NCBI GenBank assembly: GCA_043228905.1
Contig: JBHGNT010000001.1
Span: 35,216,001 to 35,280,000 of the forward strand
Origin: Azolla caroliniana
Lineage: Eukaryota; Plantae; Polypodiophyta
DNA length: 64,000 nucleotides
Reading direction: 5' to 3'
The position numbers and the translations under genes were made by a program. The notes beneath the pieces are model-generated. The model did not search any database. It had not been told where the DNA came from and worked only from the letters and a program-made list of their open reading frames with translations. This document shows, piece after piece, positions 27,461-51,342 of the stretch (its first letter is position 1; the number at the start of each line of letters is the position of its first letter).

Positions 27461-29476
27461 ATGGGGTTGCATAGGGGACACACTTGGGCACTAATATTCA
27501 TCATCGATTGCTACAAGATTATGGCAATCACACAACTTGCTAGCATCGAGCATTATCAACCAATAATAAACAACCACATGGAAATACAAGAACATGTTGT
27601 TGATAGGGCCGAGTGGCAACCTACATCCGAGATTTTGTATGGTAATTCTTTCGGCAACACACGGTTGTATGATGCTTATAAGGCATTACAAGCATGGAAG
27701 TTGTTGATTTCATCAGATCCACAAAATGTGACATCCACATGGGTTGGTGTCGACGTATGTAGCTACGCAGGTGTGTTTTGTGCAAACTCTTTGGATAATC
27801 CTTGCATCGAGACTGTTGCTGGCATCGATCTCAACCATGCTAATATGGAGGGAAAATTAGCCCCTGAGTTAGCACTCCTATCCGACTTAGCATTGATTCA
27901 CCTAAATAGCAACCGGTTTTTCGGCCAAATCCCTCTCTCTTTACAAACTTTACCACTCCTTTATGAACTTGATTTAAGCAACAACAAATTCAATGGTTCC
28001 TTCCCTTCTTTTCTTCTCACGTTACCCCAATTGGCTTACCTTGACATTCGATTCAATTCCTTTGATGGAGCCCTCCCTACCTCCTTGTTCACTCACTCCA
28101 CCATTGATGCCATCTTTGTCAATAATAATCAATTCTCCTCTACCATTCCTTCATCCATTTCTCAGTCTACATCCTCTGTCATTGTCCTTGCTAACAATAA
28201 TCTCACGGGATGTATACCATCCTCGATTGGTGCCATGTGCTCCTCTCCTAATGAATTTGTCTTCCTTAATAACCAACTCACTGGTTGCATCCCTGATAGC
28301 ATTGGTCTTCTGACAGAGCTCACCGTTCTTGATGTCAGCTCCAATCTCCTCACAGGGAGCCTTCCAATGACCATTGGGAATATGACAAAATTGGAGCAAT
28401 TTAATGTGGCTGACAATGAGTTGGTAGGTGAAATACCCTCCCAAATATGTGATCTCCAAAATCTACAAAACTTCAATTTCTCATCCAATTTCTTCACTCA
28501 AGAGCCTCCCAATTGTCTTGCCCTGGCTTTATGTGGTTGTACCATTCATGACAATGCAAATTGCATTCTAGAAGCTAGACCAAACCAAAGATCCTCGGAG
28601 CAATGTCAAATAGCTCAAAACAATTCCAAATCTTGTGATCAATTCGATTGTGTCGAGACAACAGGACTAGAGTTTGATATGTTCGTGGATTCTCTTACCA
28701 CTATTACATGCACGAAGCACTTGTCTCCTCCGACTTATACCCCACCACCTCAAATCCCATGTTCTTCACCTCCACCATATGTTTATTCACCACCACCCCC
28801 AACCACAATTTCCTCATATCCTCCACCATCAACAAATCCACATTGTCCTCCCATACCAACTAATTCTTCAAAAGTTTGGTCACCACCTCCTCCATCGAGG
28901 AAACCAACTCCTTCACATGCGTTCCCACCACCCATGCACCACGACACAACACCCTTAGCGCATCCACCCCCACCGTACCATCAACATACAAACTCGTCAA
29001 AACATTTTCCACCCCCTCCACCTCATCATACAACAATTGTGAAGCCTTTTCCACCTCATTCTCCACAACATTATGTCCCATTGGTCTCTCCACCATTTCC
29101 AATGCCCCCTCCACATGGTCACATACATTCACCTCATCATACAACACCCGTGAAGCCTTTTCCACCTCATTCTCCTCAACATTATGCCCCTTCGGTCCCT
29201 CCACATGGTCACATACATTCACCTCATCATACAACACCCGTGAAGCCTTTTCCACCTCATTCTCCTCAACATTATGCCCCTTCGGTCCCTCCACATGGTC
29301 ACATACATTCACCTCATCATACAACACCCGTGAAGCCTTTTCCACCTCATTCTCCTCAACATTATGCCCCTTCGGTCCCTCCACATGGTCACATACATTC
29401 ACCTCATTATACAACACATGTGAAGCCTTTTCCACCTCATTCTCCTCAACGCCATGCCCCTTCTCTCCCTCCATGA
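27461..29476 (+). CDS. LRX: Leucine-rich repeat extensin-like protein (LRX/PEX), 671 aa, single coding exon
   Basis: AYKALQAWK..ISSDP, VCSYAGVFC, VAGIDLNHA, LHLNSNRF-type and ELDLSNN LRRs, LDIRFN, DAIFVNNN, a Cys-rich linker, SPPPP motifs and a Pro/His-rich tail. Confidence 0.93.
   Translation: MGLHRGHTWALIFIIDCYKIMAITQLASIEHYQPIINNHMEIQEHVVDRAEWQPTSEILYGNSFGNTRLYDAYKALQAWKLLISSDPQNVTSTWVGVDVCSYAGVFCANSLDNPCIETVAGIDLNHANMEGKLAPELALLSDLALIHLNSNRFFGQIPLSLQTLPLLYELDLSNNKFNGSFPSFLLTLPQLAYLDIRFNSFDGALPTSLFTHSTIDAIFVNNNQFSSTIPSSISQSTSSVIVLANNNLTGCIPSSIGAMCSSPNEFVFLNNQLTGCIPDSIGLLTELTVLDVSSNLLTGSLPMTIGNMTKLEQFNVADNELVGEIPSQICDLQNLQNFNFSSNFFTQEPPNCLALALCGCTIHDNANCILEARPNQRSSEQCQIAQNNSKSCDQFDCVETTGLEFDMFVDSLTTITCTKHLSPPTYTPPPQIPCSSPPPYVYSPPPPTTISSYPPPSTNPHCPPIPTNSSKVWSPPPPSRKPTPSHAFPPPMHHDTTPLAHPPPPYHQHTNSSKHFPPPPPHHTTIVKPFPPHSPQHYVPLVSPPFPMPPPHGHIHSPHHTTPVKPFPPHSPQHYAPSVPPHGHIHSPHHTTPVKPFPPHSPQHYAPSVPPHGHIHSPHHTTPVKPFPPHSPQHYAPSVPPHGHIHSPHYTTHVKPFPPHSPQRHAPSLPP
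29108..29467 (+). repeat. 90-bp coding tandem repeat x4 (PPHGHIHSPHHTTPVKPFPPHSPQHYAPSV)
   Basis: Units start at 29108, 29198, 29288 and 29378; the first three are identical. Confidence 0.95.
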
Positions 29477-31382
29477 TTGTTAGTGCCTCCTTGACATGAT
29501 TACAACATTCTCCTCATTATTCTCTCATCATCACAGACTACCAAAGTATCCTCCACCATTTAATATTCCTCATGACATCCCAATACACTATCCTCGTCCT
29601 TGATCACAATCATGATATTCCCTCCACTTATACACGCACTTCATCTCCACATTTGAAATCCAATTGCACACAAAGCCTGTGTTGTTTTTCCTTTACATTA
29701 TACTATCACTATGTTAACAATAAATTACTTCAAATATGAAAGAATTTCCATTTACATTATAAATGTATATTACTAAGTGGAAACTTATGATCGATATCAC
29801 TTTATAGAGCATTGTGGATTTCTACAAATGCAATTACAATAACCCAATCATTAAGTTATTATAAAGCAATTTATTAATTATTATAAAGCAATAACAATTC
29901 AGTTTCATTTTACATAATATGAGTTTAAATCAATAACATTTCTCTTATAAAACACAACTTTACACTTAATTTTCCACAACCCAAGGGTTGAGAAATTTCA
30001 TCACAACCTTCTACCAATAAACATAGATACAATTTCATTGGTAGAACTAAAATTGGCTTCTTTGATGGGTAGAGAGATCACGTATGATGTATATATGTGG
30101 TTATATAATTACAACCATGGGCATAACCTGTAGTTATAACAAGCAAACCGTTCTCAACATCCTTGTAGAAGTCATCATTATAACTATTTAAGTATGTTTG
30201 ATCGTGGACATGTACATCATTAGACATATTGGTGCGTGCTTTTTTAAGTATCTTAAAAACACATAGTGTACACACTTTTAAGTATGTAATTCTTGTATTT
30301 TGATCCAACAATTTTTACACTTTTGCTGCTCCTCCTTTGAAAACAATGGAACCATTTCTTGTTACGTAGGAAAGAGTAAGAGATAGTGTACACTTAGTAG
30401 ACATAATGCGTGCTTGCATTTGGGATTTAGTTCTTTGTGCACTTAGATTGCTGGGCTTGGCTCGATTTCCCCATACAATGAAGTTATGTTGTGTGGCCCA
30501 ACTCATGTCCTAATTCTGCCAATGTGCTCCCACTGGATGTCGAATGTCCCTTCCCTTCACTTGGCAACATGGAGAAGGTGATATTTGTCTACATATATTT
30601 TGGCTAGCTCTACTTGCATTCCACTCGCCAGAGGGAACATTATTGTTGTATCATCTTTCATGTTGTTGGATCCCATAATCAATAATCAAACTTGGTAACT
30701 AGTCCATATTAAAAGAAAATGCATTCAGTGTTGACTTTGGATTGAGCTTCTGCCAAAGGTCTTTTTCGCTTGTGGACATATGATTTGGAGCAAAATGTCT
30801 ACCAAGACAGTAGGAAGGTGACACTTTCTCGGTCTAGGGATCTCACACACTAACATAAAGGCAAATTTGTTTTGAAGTAGACCACGACTATGCCAATATG
30901 GGAGGAGAAGTAGCCACAAGTCGGAAGCAGTCGATGAGGCAGCTTTGCTGGTGCGTGTTGGTATGGCACAAAGCATTTCACGAGCGAGGAAGTCGAGTCA
31001 CGACACCTTGTATGTTAGGGTGGGGGGGGGGGGGGGGTGTATGGGGGTTCAAAAAGCTTCGGTCTCTCTTTCTCTCTCTTTTGAGGCTCTTTCGGGGACA
31101 CATTCCGATTCGATGAAGCTCCCTCCGGGTTCTCCGCCGCATCTAGCTAATGGAGGCTTAGCCAAATCTATCCATCTCACTTTTTCTATTCACTCTATGG
31201 ACGTTACAAAATATGTATCTATCTCACTTTTTCTATTCAACACAACATAAAGGCCTAACAACACACACATAAATTATAATAATACATAATAACATCATCA
31301 CGCCCATTTCCTTTCTTTAATTGTGATTTAGTCTGTCAAAATTGATTTCCACTGTAACGAAGAAGAGAAGAAGAAGACAGGG

Positions 31383-35982
<4,600 letters not shown>

Positions 35983-36107
35983 AAAAGGCATGTATCCAAA
36001 ATTATTAGTAGGCCTATATAGCCTTTTTTCAATGCTTCTAGTTTTTGTTTTTACAGTCATCTGGTGAAATTATTATTTTGTTTATATGCCAAAATGCACA
36101 TAACCTC

Positions 36108-36228
36108 TTGGATATTTACCAGAGCATACCTCCCAGGTGTTTAAAAAAGACCACAAAACCTCTCGGTTCTTCGAAACTTAATTCAGGTAATTTCTTTAAA
36201 ACCGTGGGGTAGGCTGGTAAATATCCAA
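36108..36228. repeat. Imperfect inverted repeat (MITE-like hairpin)
   Basis: TTGGATATTTACCAG...CCTCCCAGGTGTTTAAA pairs with TTTAAAACCGTGGGGTAGG CTGGTAAATATCCAA. Confidence 0.75.
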
Positions 36229-36344
36229 AAACCTAGGGGTATTTTCTCTTCATCTCATTGTTAAAAGATGGTTTGGGTCTGTGCCCACTGCCTTGTTTGC
36301 TCAATAAACCATTGGCTGGATTCCAAATATTATAGTTTTTGTAA

Positions 36345-36612
36345 CCAGTATTCACATTGGATGACTAGGGTCTAAGATTGATCTCTGTGGTGTGAACACA
36401 TCTATAATGGAAGACATTCATCGGTTTGGGTATATGGCTTTGTACTGGAATTCACAATGGATGTCTAATGTTTAAGGTTGACCTGTGGTGTGAACACATC
36501 TACAATGGAAAATATTAATTCACATGTTACTGCACTGGGATTCATGGTGGATGACTAGAGTTTAAGGTTGACTATTGTGGTCTGAACACATCTACAATGG
36601 AAACATTCATTG
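36345..36612. repeat. Degenerate ~90-110-bp tandem repeat x3
   Basis: GGATGACTAG..TTAAGGTTGAC..TGTGGTGTGAACACATCTACAATGGAA occurs three times. Confidence 0.8.
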
Positions 36613-37627
36613 ACATGAGGACCTGGATGGGCATTAGCAGCGTGTTGATGCACTCTTGATTGGAGGGTGATCAGTTAACCCTGTAATATGGTCCTAGATC
36701 CGTCATTATCATTTATCACTTGATTACATAACTCTTGGATTTCGGCTCTAGGTTTTGATGCTCTCACATTGGGTTTGGATCGGCAGTATGGGATGCCGAT
36801 TACTGCAGTGTATGCTGGTCCATTTTACTTTTGAGCTCTCAAACTTGGGGTAGAGTCAACATGGGTTCTTGCTCTATGGCTGTAAAGTGATGCTGGTGAT
36901 GCTGATGCCCACTTTTTGTATGCTGATTATATGGTTCTACTTAATGGCCCTACATTTAGAATAAGCAATATTAAATTATTTCAATCCCAAGAAGAGTGCA
37001 TATATCATGTTCCTGAGCTCGACGAAAAGCAGTTCCTGTCACAATCTTCTTGAGGGTTCAATCAGTTGGATAGTGTGCTAAAAAATCTCATGACTATTTT
37101 AGATACTTTATTCTTATAAAAGTTACTTCATGATTATTTTATGTCTAGAATTATGCACTGGTGGTTATAACAGCCTTCCATACAGGCAAAACCAAAATAA
37201 ACATTGTAGTGCTTGATTTGAAGAAAGACAACTTAGTGCAATTCAGATCATCTTGCCGTCAATTGTTGTATTTAAGATTTGGTATCAGAGCTCTATTTAA
37301 GAGCTTCTACATTTGGTGCAAAATCGGCCCTGATGTTTGAGCTATGAATATTTTGTTTTTATCTTGAGCTCACTACTGATCAGAATTCAAACGTTTTTAT
37401 GAAAATGTTGGCTTTGAGAGCTAAAATCTGACATCAGAGATCATCTCTAAGGTCTGAACTTTGCAGATCTATTCTAGTATGTCTTATCAAGATGATAATT
37501 TGAAGCTTCTGATTGTTTTTCCTGTGGTATTTTTATTGTTTTTCAGAGAATTATTTAATTCTTCTAGGTAAAATGGAATGTTCTGTGTACGTCTGAAATA
37601 GGGAGAATTTCATTGAATTTTGATCTT

Positions 37628-37788
37628 GTACGTCTGAAATTTGATCTTATGATAACCATTCATTTGATGTTTTACTGGCTTCTGATTGATCATTTTGTGA
37701 TAATCGTTACGCCTGATATTTGATCTTATGATAACCATTCATTTGATGTGTTACTGGCTTCTGACTGATCACTTTGTCATAATCGTAC
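37628..37788. repeat. ~79-bp tandem duplication
   Basis: TTTGATCTTATGATAACCATTCATTTGATGT.TTACTGGCTTCTGA.TGATCA occurs twice. Confidence 0.85.
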
Positions 37789-38595
37789 AACTGAGCTCTT
37801 TTTATGTTTCATACAGTAAATTATGGATGAATCACAAATTCGATTGTTATATAGGCAGTGTAAATATACTACATTTGAAACTCTTCTCATTTGCTTTTAC
37901 CAGATTACTTAGAATATGATAACGGCCTCTAGTGCAAAACATAAACTTGGGCCTCTAGTGCAAAACATAAACTTGAATGTACCAAACCCAACGATGGGAT
38001 TCATTAATAATAAATTATCAGAAGATATTACCTATTCACATTTCACTCTTACTCAAACTAAGAACTCGAATTACATTGAAATTCCCTTGAGCATATACCT
38101 AGCGAAAGAAAGATACCAATTTGGTTAACAAAATGGATGAACTGATAAGTTTTTTGACAGCAGACGTCCTTTCAGTAAATGTGTCAATGCAATTAAGGAA
38201 AAATGAAACATTTCGTCAGGCAAGATTCTTCCACGAAACAGTGCAAAAATGGGTATGAATTATGTAGCATTAGCAACTTATTGATCCTATATCAAGAATT
38301 TGGTGACCATATGAAGGAAAAAATAAAGTTTGTTGAAGCTTATTATAATGTTGATGAATGTTTCCAAGACTTTTGAATGAACCTAATACACAAATCACAG
38401 AATAGTTCCCCATTAAAGTATGGAACAAAGATACTAAATGTGATAAATCGATCATATAATATAGGTGCTGTAAAATCATTGATTGTAATACAGATGACTC
38501 CAGATTTTCTTTCATATGAAGTCTGGCAGTGAATAATGACAGCAATATGGAGCAAGGACAAGACACCTAGAAAATCGTTGACAAGAGCTCACAAT

Positions 38596-45904
<7,309 letters not shown>

Positions 45905-46899
45905 TCTGCAGACAGTAGTAGTAGCAGCCGAATAGAGATAAAGAGAGGTCTCTCTCTATCTCTCTCCAATCACAAAGGATATAATTAAGTGGCCTTGAGT
46001 TTGACAACAGGACAAAGGGAGAGTTCGTTTTAGTTATGAAGCAAAGTGGGCAAATCCAATAAAAAAGAGCTTCGATCGGTCGGCAATGTCTCGATTGTTT
46101 GTCTCTGGGATGCAATTCTTCGGGTTACATATGAGAGCAAGTGAGCAACCTTTGGGCACCTATGCATAGTCTTTATAGTTGTAACTTGTGGTTTGGACAC
46201 GGCTTCATGGTTTGGTATATGAAGCGTTGACAACATTATACTTAACTGTTGTAAGCAAGAATTGAAGGTAGTTTGTGGTCGGGTAAGCATGAATTTCATC
46301 AATCCAATCCCGTGGTTCAAGCTCAAAGATATAGTTGTACTTATTTTGTAACCGCCTTAGATAAATATCCATAGGCAAGGCAATGAATCTAGTTAGTAAA
46401 AGCAAGTTAAAGCATGATCCTCCTCCCCAAATAGATGGAAGGACACTTTTGGAACATCGTGCATATGAGTTAGCTTATCACCATTTGTATCTTTTGTTTT
46501 TGTAATTTACATACATATATGAATAATAGAGAAGGGGAAAAAAGCTTGGAAGAAATAGCCCAAGCTAAAAAATGGAGTGACAAAGCACTAGAAAGGATAG
46601 TGAGGTAAAGGACCCCATGGTGAGGAAAGAGCTTGAGGTTTTATTGATAAAGAGGGGAGCACATGAGACAAGTAATGATTGCTAATACCTAGTACCAAAA
46701 TATTTGGGGGAAAGGGTAGCCATAGGAACTCGTCAAACTTATGCCCAAGGTTCACTACAAAGTTCTTGACTAAGGTATATTCTAGGGTTCGCTCTCACTT
46801 TTGCTACTAAGTTATATTTGTATTTGCTCATTTAGGAGAACATGAGCTAGAGTCATATTGTAATCGTGCTTTGATGCTCCGTTAATATATGGCAAATGT

Positions 46900-47130
46900 T
46901 TTTCAAAATGACTAGGTATAAAGGGCATATAATTGGTGTATTATGTTGAAAAGTCAAAGGTATCAACTCAAGTGGAATGTTTACAAAACCAAATTACTTG
47001 AGTGGGATAGAGGAAGTTGGAATTTCGTGTGTAAGGGTAAAATGGAGAAATATACAAAGGAACATTGAAGTAGTCAAGGTTAAGAAGTTCATGCCTGATG
47101 ATTCTGATCTCAAACATGAATATCAAAGAA
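46900..47130 (+). mobile_element. Possible Ty1/Copia RT fragment
   Basis: Degenerate KW...K and GEIYKGTL..VK pieces resemble Copia RT KW.Y..K...G...YKARLV.KG. Confidence 0.3.
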
Positions 47131-48540
47131 TCACCAAAAATCCAATCCAATGATATTGTGTCAACGAGTGAAAAAATGATGTTCACATACAAAGGCTATG
47201 TCGCTTGTAAAAGCTCTCTCGTTGAGTTTGCAATTATGCCAAGTCCTAAAAAAAAGCCCATACTAATTCCATGCCAACCATTGTGGTGGGGGCATGTAGT
47301 ATTTGGAATAATTGTGGAGAATAACTAGGATATCTATTATATCCACTTCATTCGATACGATACATGGTATCTCCCATCCATTTATTAAAAGGGTTGGGCT
47401 TTGCAACACACGTGCCCCAAGAGTGTGTTCACACATAAGGTGTGTGTGGTTGAGCTTGATATCTTATCATCCTTATCATTAACAAGATGACACAAAAAAT
47501 CATACCAGGTCATTATTCAAACTCAGAAAGAAGGAACATATAACATCGGTTGGCTTTGATGAGTTAATTGTTGGTTAATAAATTGGCTCATTGCTACTTG
47601 CTCATGGATTTGCTTTGTATAGAGAGGTTGTTCAATGAGTGCACACTGCATTTGCCTTTATTTAGTGATGAATGATTTGTAACTATTCATGATCATAAGA
47701 GGTTCAATTTTCATAATCCTTTATCAGTCCTACATTTTAGACCCAAGATTGTATCTGATTTTAATCTTAAGTGAAGGGTTTTTGTTTTGAAGCTAAGCAC
47801 AACACACCAGAGTTTGCGCATTACTAGACGAGGATGACAGCTAGCCAATATTTTAATGAGATCTACCTAACGTCCTTCATTCACATGTGAGCCACTCATA
47901 TGAACTAGCTGTATCATGGGACATTCATCCTACATCCCCATCATCATTCATTTGGGCAGAGGAATCACTTATGAATGTTACCAATTCTTATCCTAAGATG
48001 TAGTCACATTATCTTAAGAGCATTCCAAGGATCCCCAAAGAGCTCAAAATTAACCTTCACATAGTTTTGACTCCCACAATAGTCTCATTGTTTTTTCTCA
48101 AGATTCTCTTTGCCTCATGAAATAAGTAGAGAGAGTGTGGATCATACACCTCCAGGCCTAGAACGGATGCATTTTTTAGATCAAAGAAAGTCAAAATATC
48201 CACCAATGGAGTACTACCACTCATGATCCATGGACCGTATTGGCTGCTTGACATTTGAATGTTGTTGTCGTTTACAGTTGGAAAATGTGAATGGAAAGTA
48301 TCACTCTTAACAGCTGGAAAACACCCAGGCACCTTGCTAGCTTGGGGGATATAGCTTTACATATCCATCATCTTGTTTAATAGTTTTAGCTTCGAAACAA
48401 CGTTATTGCCATGATAAGTGATATTCTCTTCCATAGTATAAACTCATGAACATTCTGTTTAATTTCAATCCATGCTTTACCAGGCATCTTCCACGACCTG
48501 CCATGCTTATATTTCATTGGCATCTTTAAACATAGAAAAA

Positions 48541-51342
48541 TCAGCATACATACGGGTAACTAGACATTAGAACATGGTCACTCAAGATTTCGGGATTAGA
48601 TGATGTGGTTTCAAGATAACATCGTCTCCCAATCTCCATACCACCATGTGCTTTGCATGCAGAGAGCAGAGCTCGCCACCCAGGAATATCGGGCAAGTCT
48701 GGAACACTCTTAAGCAACAACTCGGCTTCATCTAAATGTCCCAAACGGCTAAGAAGATCCACCATGCATGTGAAATGTCTCATATCTGGAATGATATCAT
48801 AATCTTCCCACATGGACTTGAAATAATGTTGACCTACTGCAGCCTTACCAGATCGACTACACGCAGAGAGAATGTTTGAATAAGTCTTATTATCAGGCTT
48901 TAAGCCGTGTTTCTTCATCTCATCAAGGCATATTTCAGCTTGGCAGTAGTCGCCACACCGAGTATAGCCTGAAATCATCACATTCCATGAAGCAAGATCT
49001 TGACTAGGCAATCTATCAAACAATACACATGCATCTTCAACGCTGCCACATTTACCATACATGTCAATAAGGGCACTCCCAATAATCAAATCTATATCAA
49101 AATCATTTAGGATAAGTTGGTTATGTACAAATTGACCCTGTGTCAAAGCACCATGTCTGGCACAGGATTTTAAGACAGCCACACATGTGCCTTTCTCAAC
49201 TTGTATGCCCTCAATTTGCATTTTCACAAACCATTCGAAAGAATGGAATCCATTTCCATGAAGAGAGTCTCCTATAATCAATGCATTCCATGGAGCATAT
49301 TTTCGGACTTGCATGCTACCAAATGTTTTCAAACCCTCCTCTATGCTAGAGTTAGCATATAGCTCCACTAAATGGCTCTTTACGATGGTTTCAGTCTCAA
49401 GCCCACTTTTCATGACTTGGTCATGTACCAATCTTCCTTCTCTAAGTGCCCCAATGTTAATACAAGCCCTCAATGCACATGCATATGTGAGGTTATCTGG
49501 ATCAGTGCGCTCTTCTTGCATCTGTTGAAAAAGATTAAGGATGAAAAGACTCTCTTCAAGTTGAGCATACCCAATGATCAATGCATTCCATGACACAATA
49601 TCTCTGCTGCCCAAGCTTTGGAATATCAAGTTTGACTCCTTCATATGACACAATTTACCATACATGTCAACGAGGGAGTTCCCAACAACATCATCATGTT
49701 CATATTTATTCCTCAAGATTTGGTCATGCATAAACCTGCAAGTTTCTACATGTTTTAAGCCACCACATGCTTTAAGAATGCACGAGAATGTGAAGATGTC
49801 TGGCTTTACACCTTTATAACACATCTTCTCAAATAATTGTAAAGCAAGGACAGGTTCATCAGCATGCACATATGCGGCAATCAAAGTGTTACCCAAAACA
49901 ATATCATGGTCAGAAACTGTGTCAAAAACACTTTGCCCTTCATCGATACTTCCAAAATAGGCATACATCTCAACGAGGGTATTACCTAGAAATGTGTTCG
50001 ATTCAAGTCCAAATTTTACTATCTCGCCATGGAATACCTTCCCTTCTTCAATGTCTCCCTCCTCCATACATGCTTTCAATACCCACAAATATGTGACATC
50101 ATTAGGCTTCACTCTCTCACGTTGCATTTTTTCATAAAGTATGAGAGAAGCAACACTATCCCCTTGTTGGGAATATCCAGCTATAATGGAATTCCATGGT
50201 ACGACATCTTTCTTTCGAAGATCTCTGAACAACTTACAAGCATCAGATAACTTTCCACATTTTGCGTACATGTCGACAAGCATTTTTGCAACCACTATAT
50301 CACACTCCATTCCTGACATAACAATATGGCAATGACTTAGCATGCCATTCTCAAAGGCTCCCACACTCCCACATGCTTGTAAAATTGACGAGAACGATAC
50401 TTTGTCAGGCTTCTGGCCCAGGTTTTGCATTTCATCAAAAAGATGAAGAGCCATCCACCCTTGTCCATGCTGTGAATATGCTGCAAACATAGTATTCCAC
50501 GAAACTAAGTCTCTGGTTTTTAATCTATCAAATATTCTCCTTGCAACTCCTAGATTACCACATCTACCATATGTATCAAGAATGCTGTTTCTGACAATTT
50601 CAACCGAATCTATTCCTTGCCGGATTACCTTGTCATGTATCAAGTATTTATTCTCCTGCGGGACCTCCTTATTGCTACAGGCCTTCAATAAGCAGCTATA
50701 GGTGATTTCATTCAACATAATGCCTTTGTCTATCATTTGGTCAACGAGCTTAAAGGCATCAATATGAAAATCAGTTTCTACATATCCTCGAATCATTACA
50801 TTCCATGTCACCACATCTTTATTCGCCAAGTTGTTGAACACATTACGAGCATCTTCCATATTACCACTTTTGGCATATACATCTACAAGTGTATTCACGA
50901 TGAGATTTTCCATTTCAAGACCTTTACATATGATCTCTTCATGCAACAACATACCCTGCCTTCGGTCTTGCAATCGAGAGCATGCCTTGAGAACAGGCAA
51001 ATAAGAAAATTTATCTGGATCAATATTCTCTTGCTTCAATTGGTTGAATAAGTCAATAGCCACATCACTAGAATCCAACTTCACATGAGCTTCCAAAATA
51101 GCATTCCATGTATACAGACTTGGAAATACACTCTTTCCGAATAATTCTTTGCATTTTTCCAAGCTTCCACATGATGCAAATACACGGATAAGTTGATCTT
51201 GGAAGATCCCAATAGAGTCCAGACCAAAGAAAGCTAGAAAAGAATGGAAGATGCAGCTGGTCAGCACATCTTTCTTCTTGAAACATTGTTGCAGAAGAAA
51301 ACTGACCTTTTGATCACACAGATGCAATTTGTCTTGATGCAT
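48541..51342 (-). CDS. PLS-class pentatricopeptide repeat protein (933 aa), E-class with frame-disrupted E/E+ tail
   Basis: Intronless ORF with repeated P-L-S triplets (DVVTWNVMIRGY, LVDMYAKCG, KPDKVSFSSILQAC), an HFTCMVDLLSRLG S2 motif and WRALLSACKAHG E1 motif. Confidence 0.9.
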   Translation of the reverse strand: MHQDKLHLCDQKVSFLLQQCFKKKDVLTSCIFHSFLAFFGLDSIGIFQDQLIRVFASCGSLEKCKELFGKSVFPSLYTWNAILEAHVKLDSSDVAIDLFNQLKQENIDPDKFSYLPVLKACSRLQDRRQGMLLHEEIICKGLEMENLIVNTLVDVYAKSGNMEDARNVFNNLANKDVVTWNVMIRGYVETDFHIDAFKLVDQMIDKGIMLNEITYSCLLKACSNKEVPQENKYLIHDKVIRQGIDSVEIVRNSILDTYGRCGNLGVARRIFDRLKTRDLVSWNTMFAAYSQHGQGWMALHLFDEMQNLGQKPDKVSFSSILQACGSVGAFENGMLSHCHIVMSGMECDIVVAKMLVDMYAKCGKLSDACKLFRDLRKKDVVPWNSIIAGYSQQGDSVASLILYEKMQRERVKPNDVTYLWVLKACMEEGDIEEGKVFHGEIVKFGLESNTFLGNTLVEMYAYFGSIDEGQSVFDTVSDHDIVLGNTLIAAYVHADEPVLALQLFEKMCYKGVKPDIFTFSCILKACGGLKHVETCRFMHDQILRNKYEHDDVVGNSLVDMYGKLCHMKESNLIFQSLGSRDIVSWNALIIGYAQLEESLFILNLFQQMQEERTDPDNLTYACALRACINIGALREGRLVHDQVMKSGLETETIVKSHLVELYANSSIEEGLKTFGSMQVRKYAPWNALIIGDSLHGNGFHSFEWFVKMQIEGIQVEKGTCVAVLKSCARHGALTQGQFVHNQLILNDFDIDLIIGSALIDMYGKCGSVEDACVLFDRLPSQDLASWNVMISGYTRCGDYCQAEICLDEMKKHGLKPDNKTYSNILSACSRSGKAAVGQHYFKSMWEDYDIIPDMRHFTCMVDLLSRLGHLDEAELLLKSVPDLPDIPGWRALLSACKAHGGMEIGRRCYLETTSSNPEILSDHVLMSSYPYVC

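Noticed and set aside
28860-29499. 204-aa antisense and 207-aa alternative-frame ORFs over the LRX tail
   Set aside because: By-products of the stop-poor 90-bp repeat.
31016-31037. Poly-G tract as a functional G-quadruplex
   Set aside because: Simple homopolymer with no evidence of function, and its length may be unreliable.
48057-48332. Possible DYW domain downstream of the PPR
   Set aside because: No HxE or CxxC deaminase motifs in the ORF.
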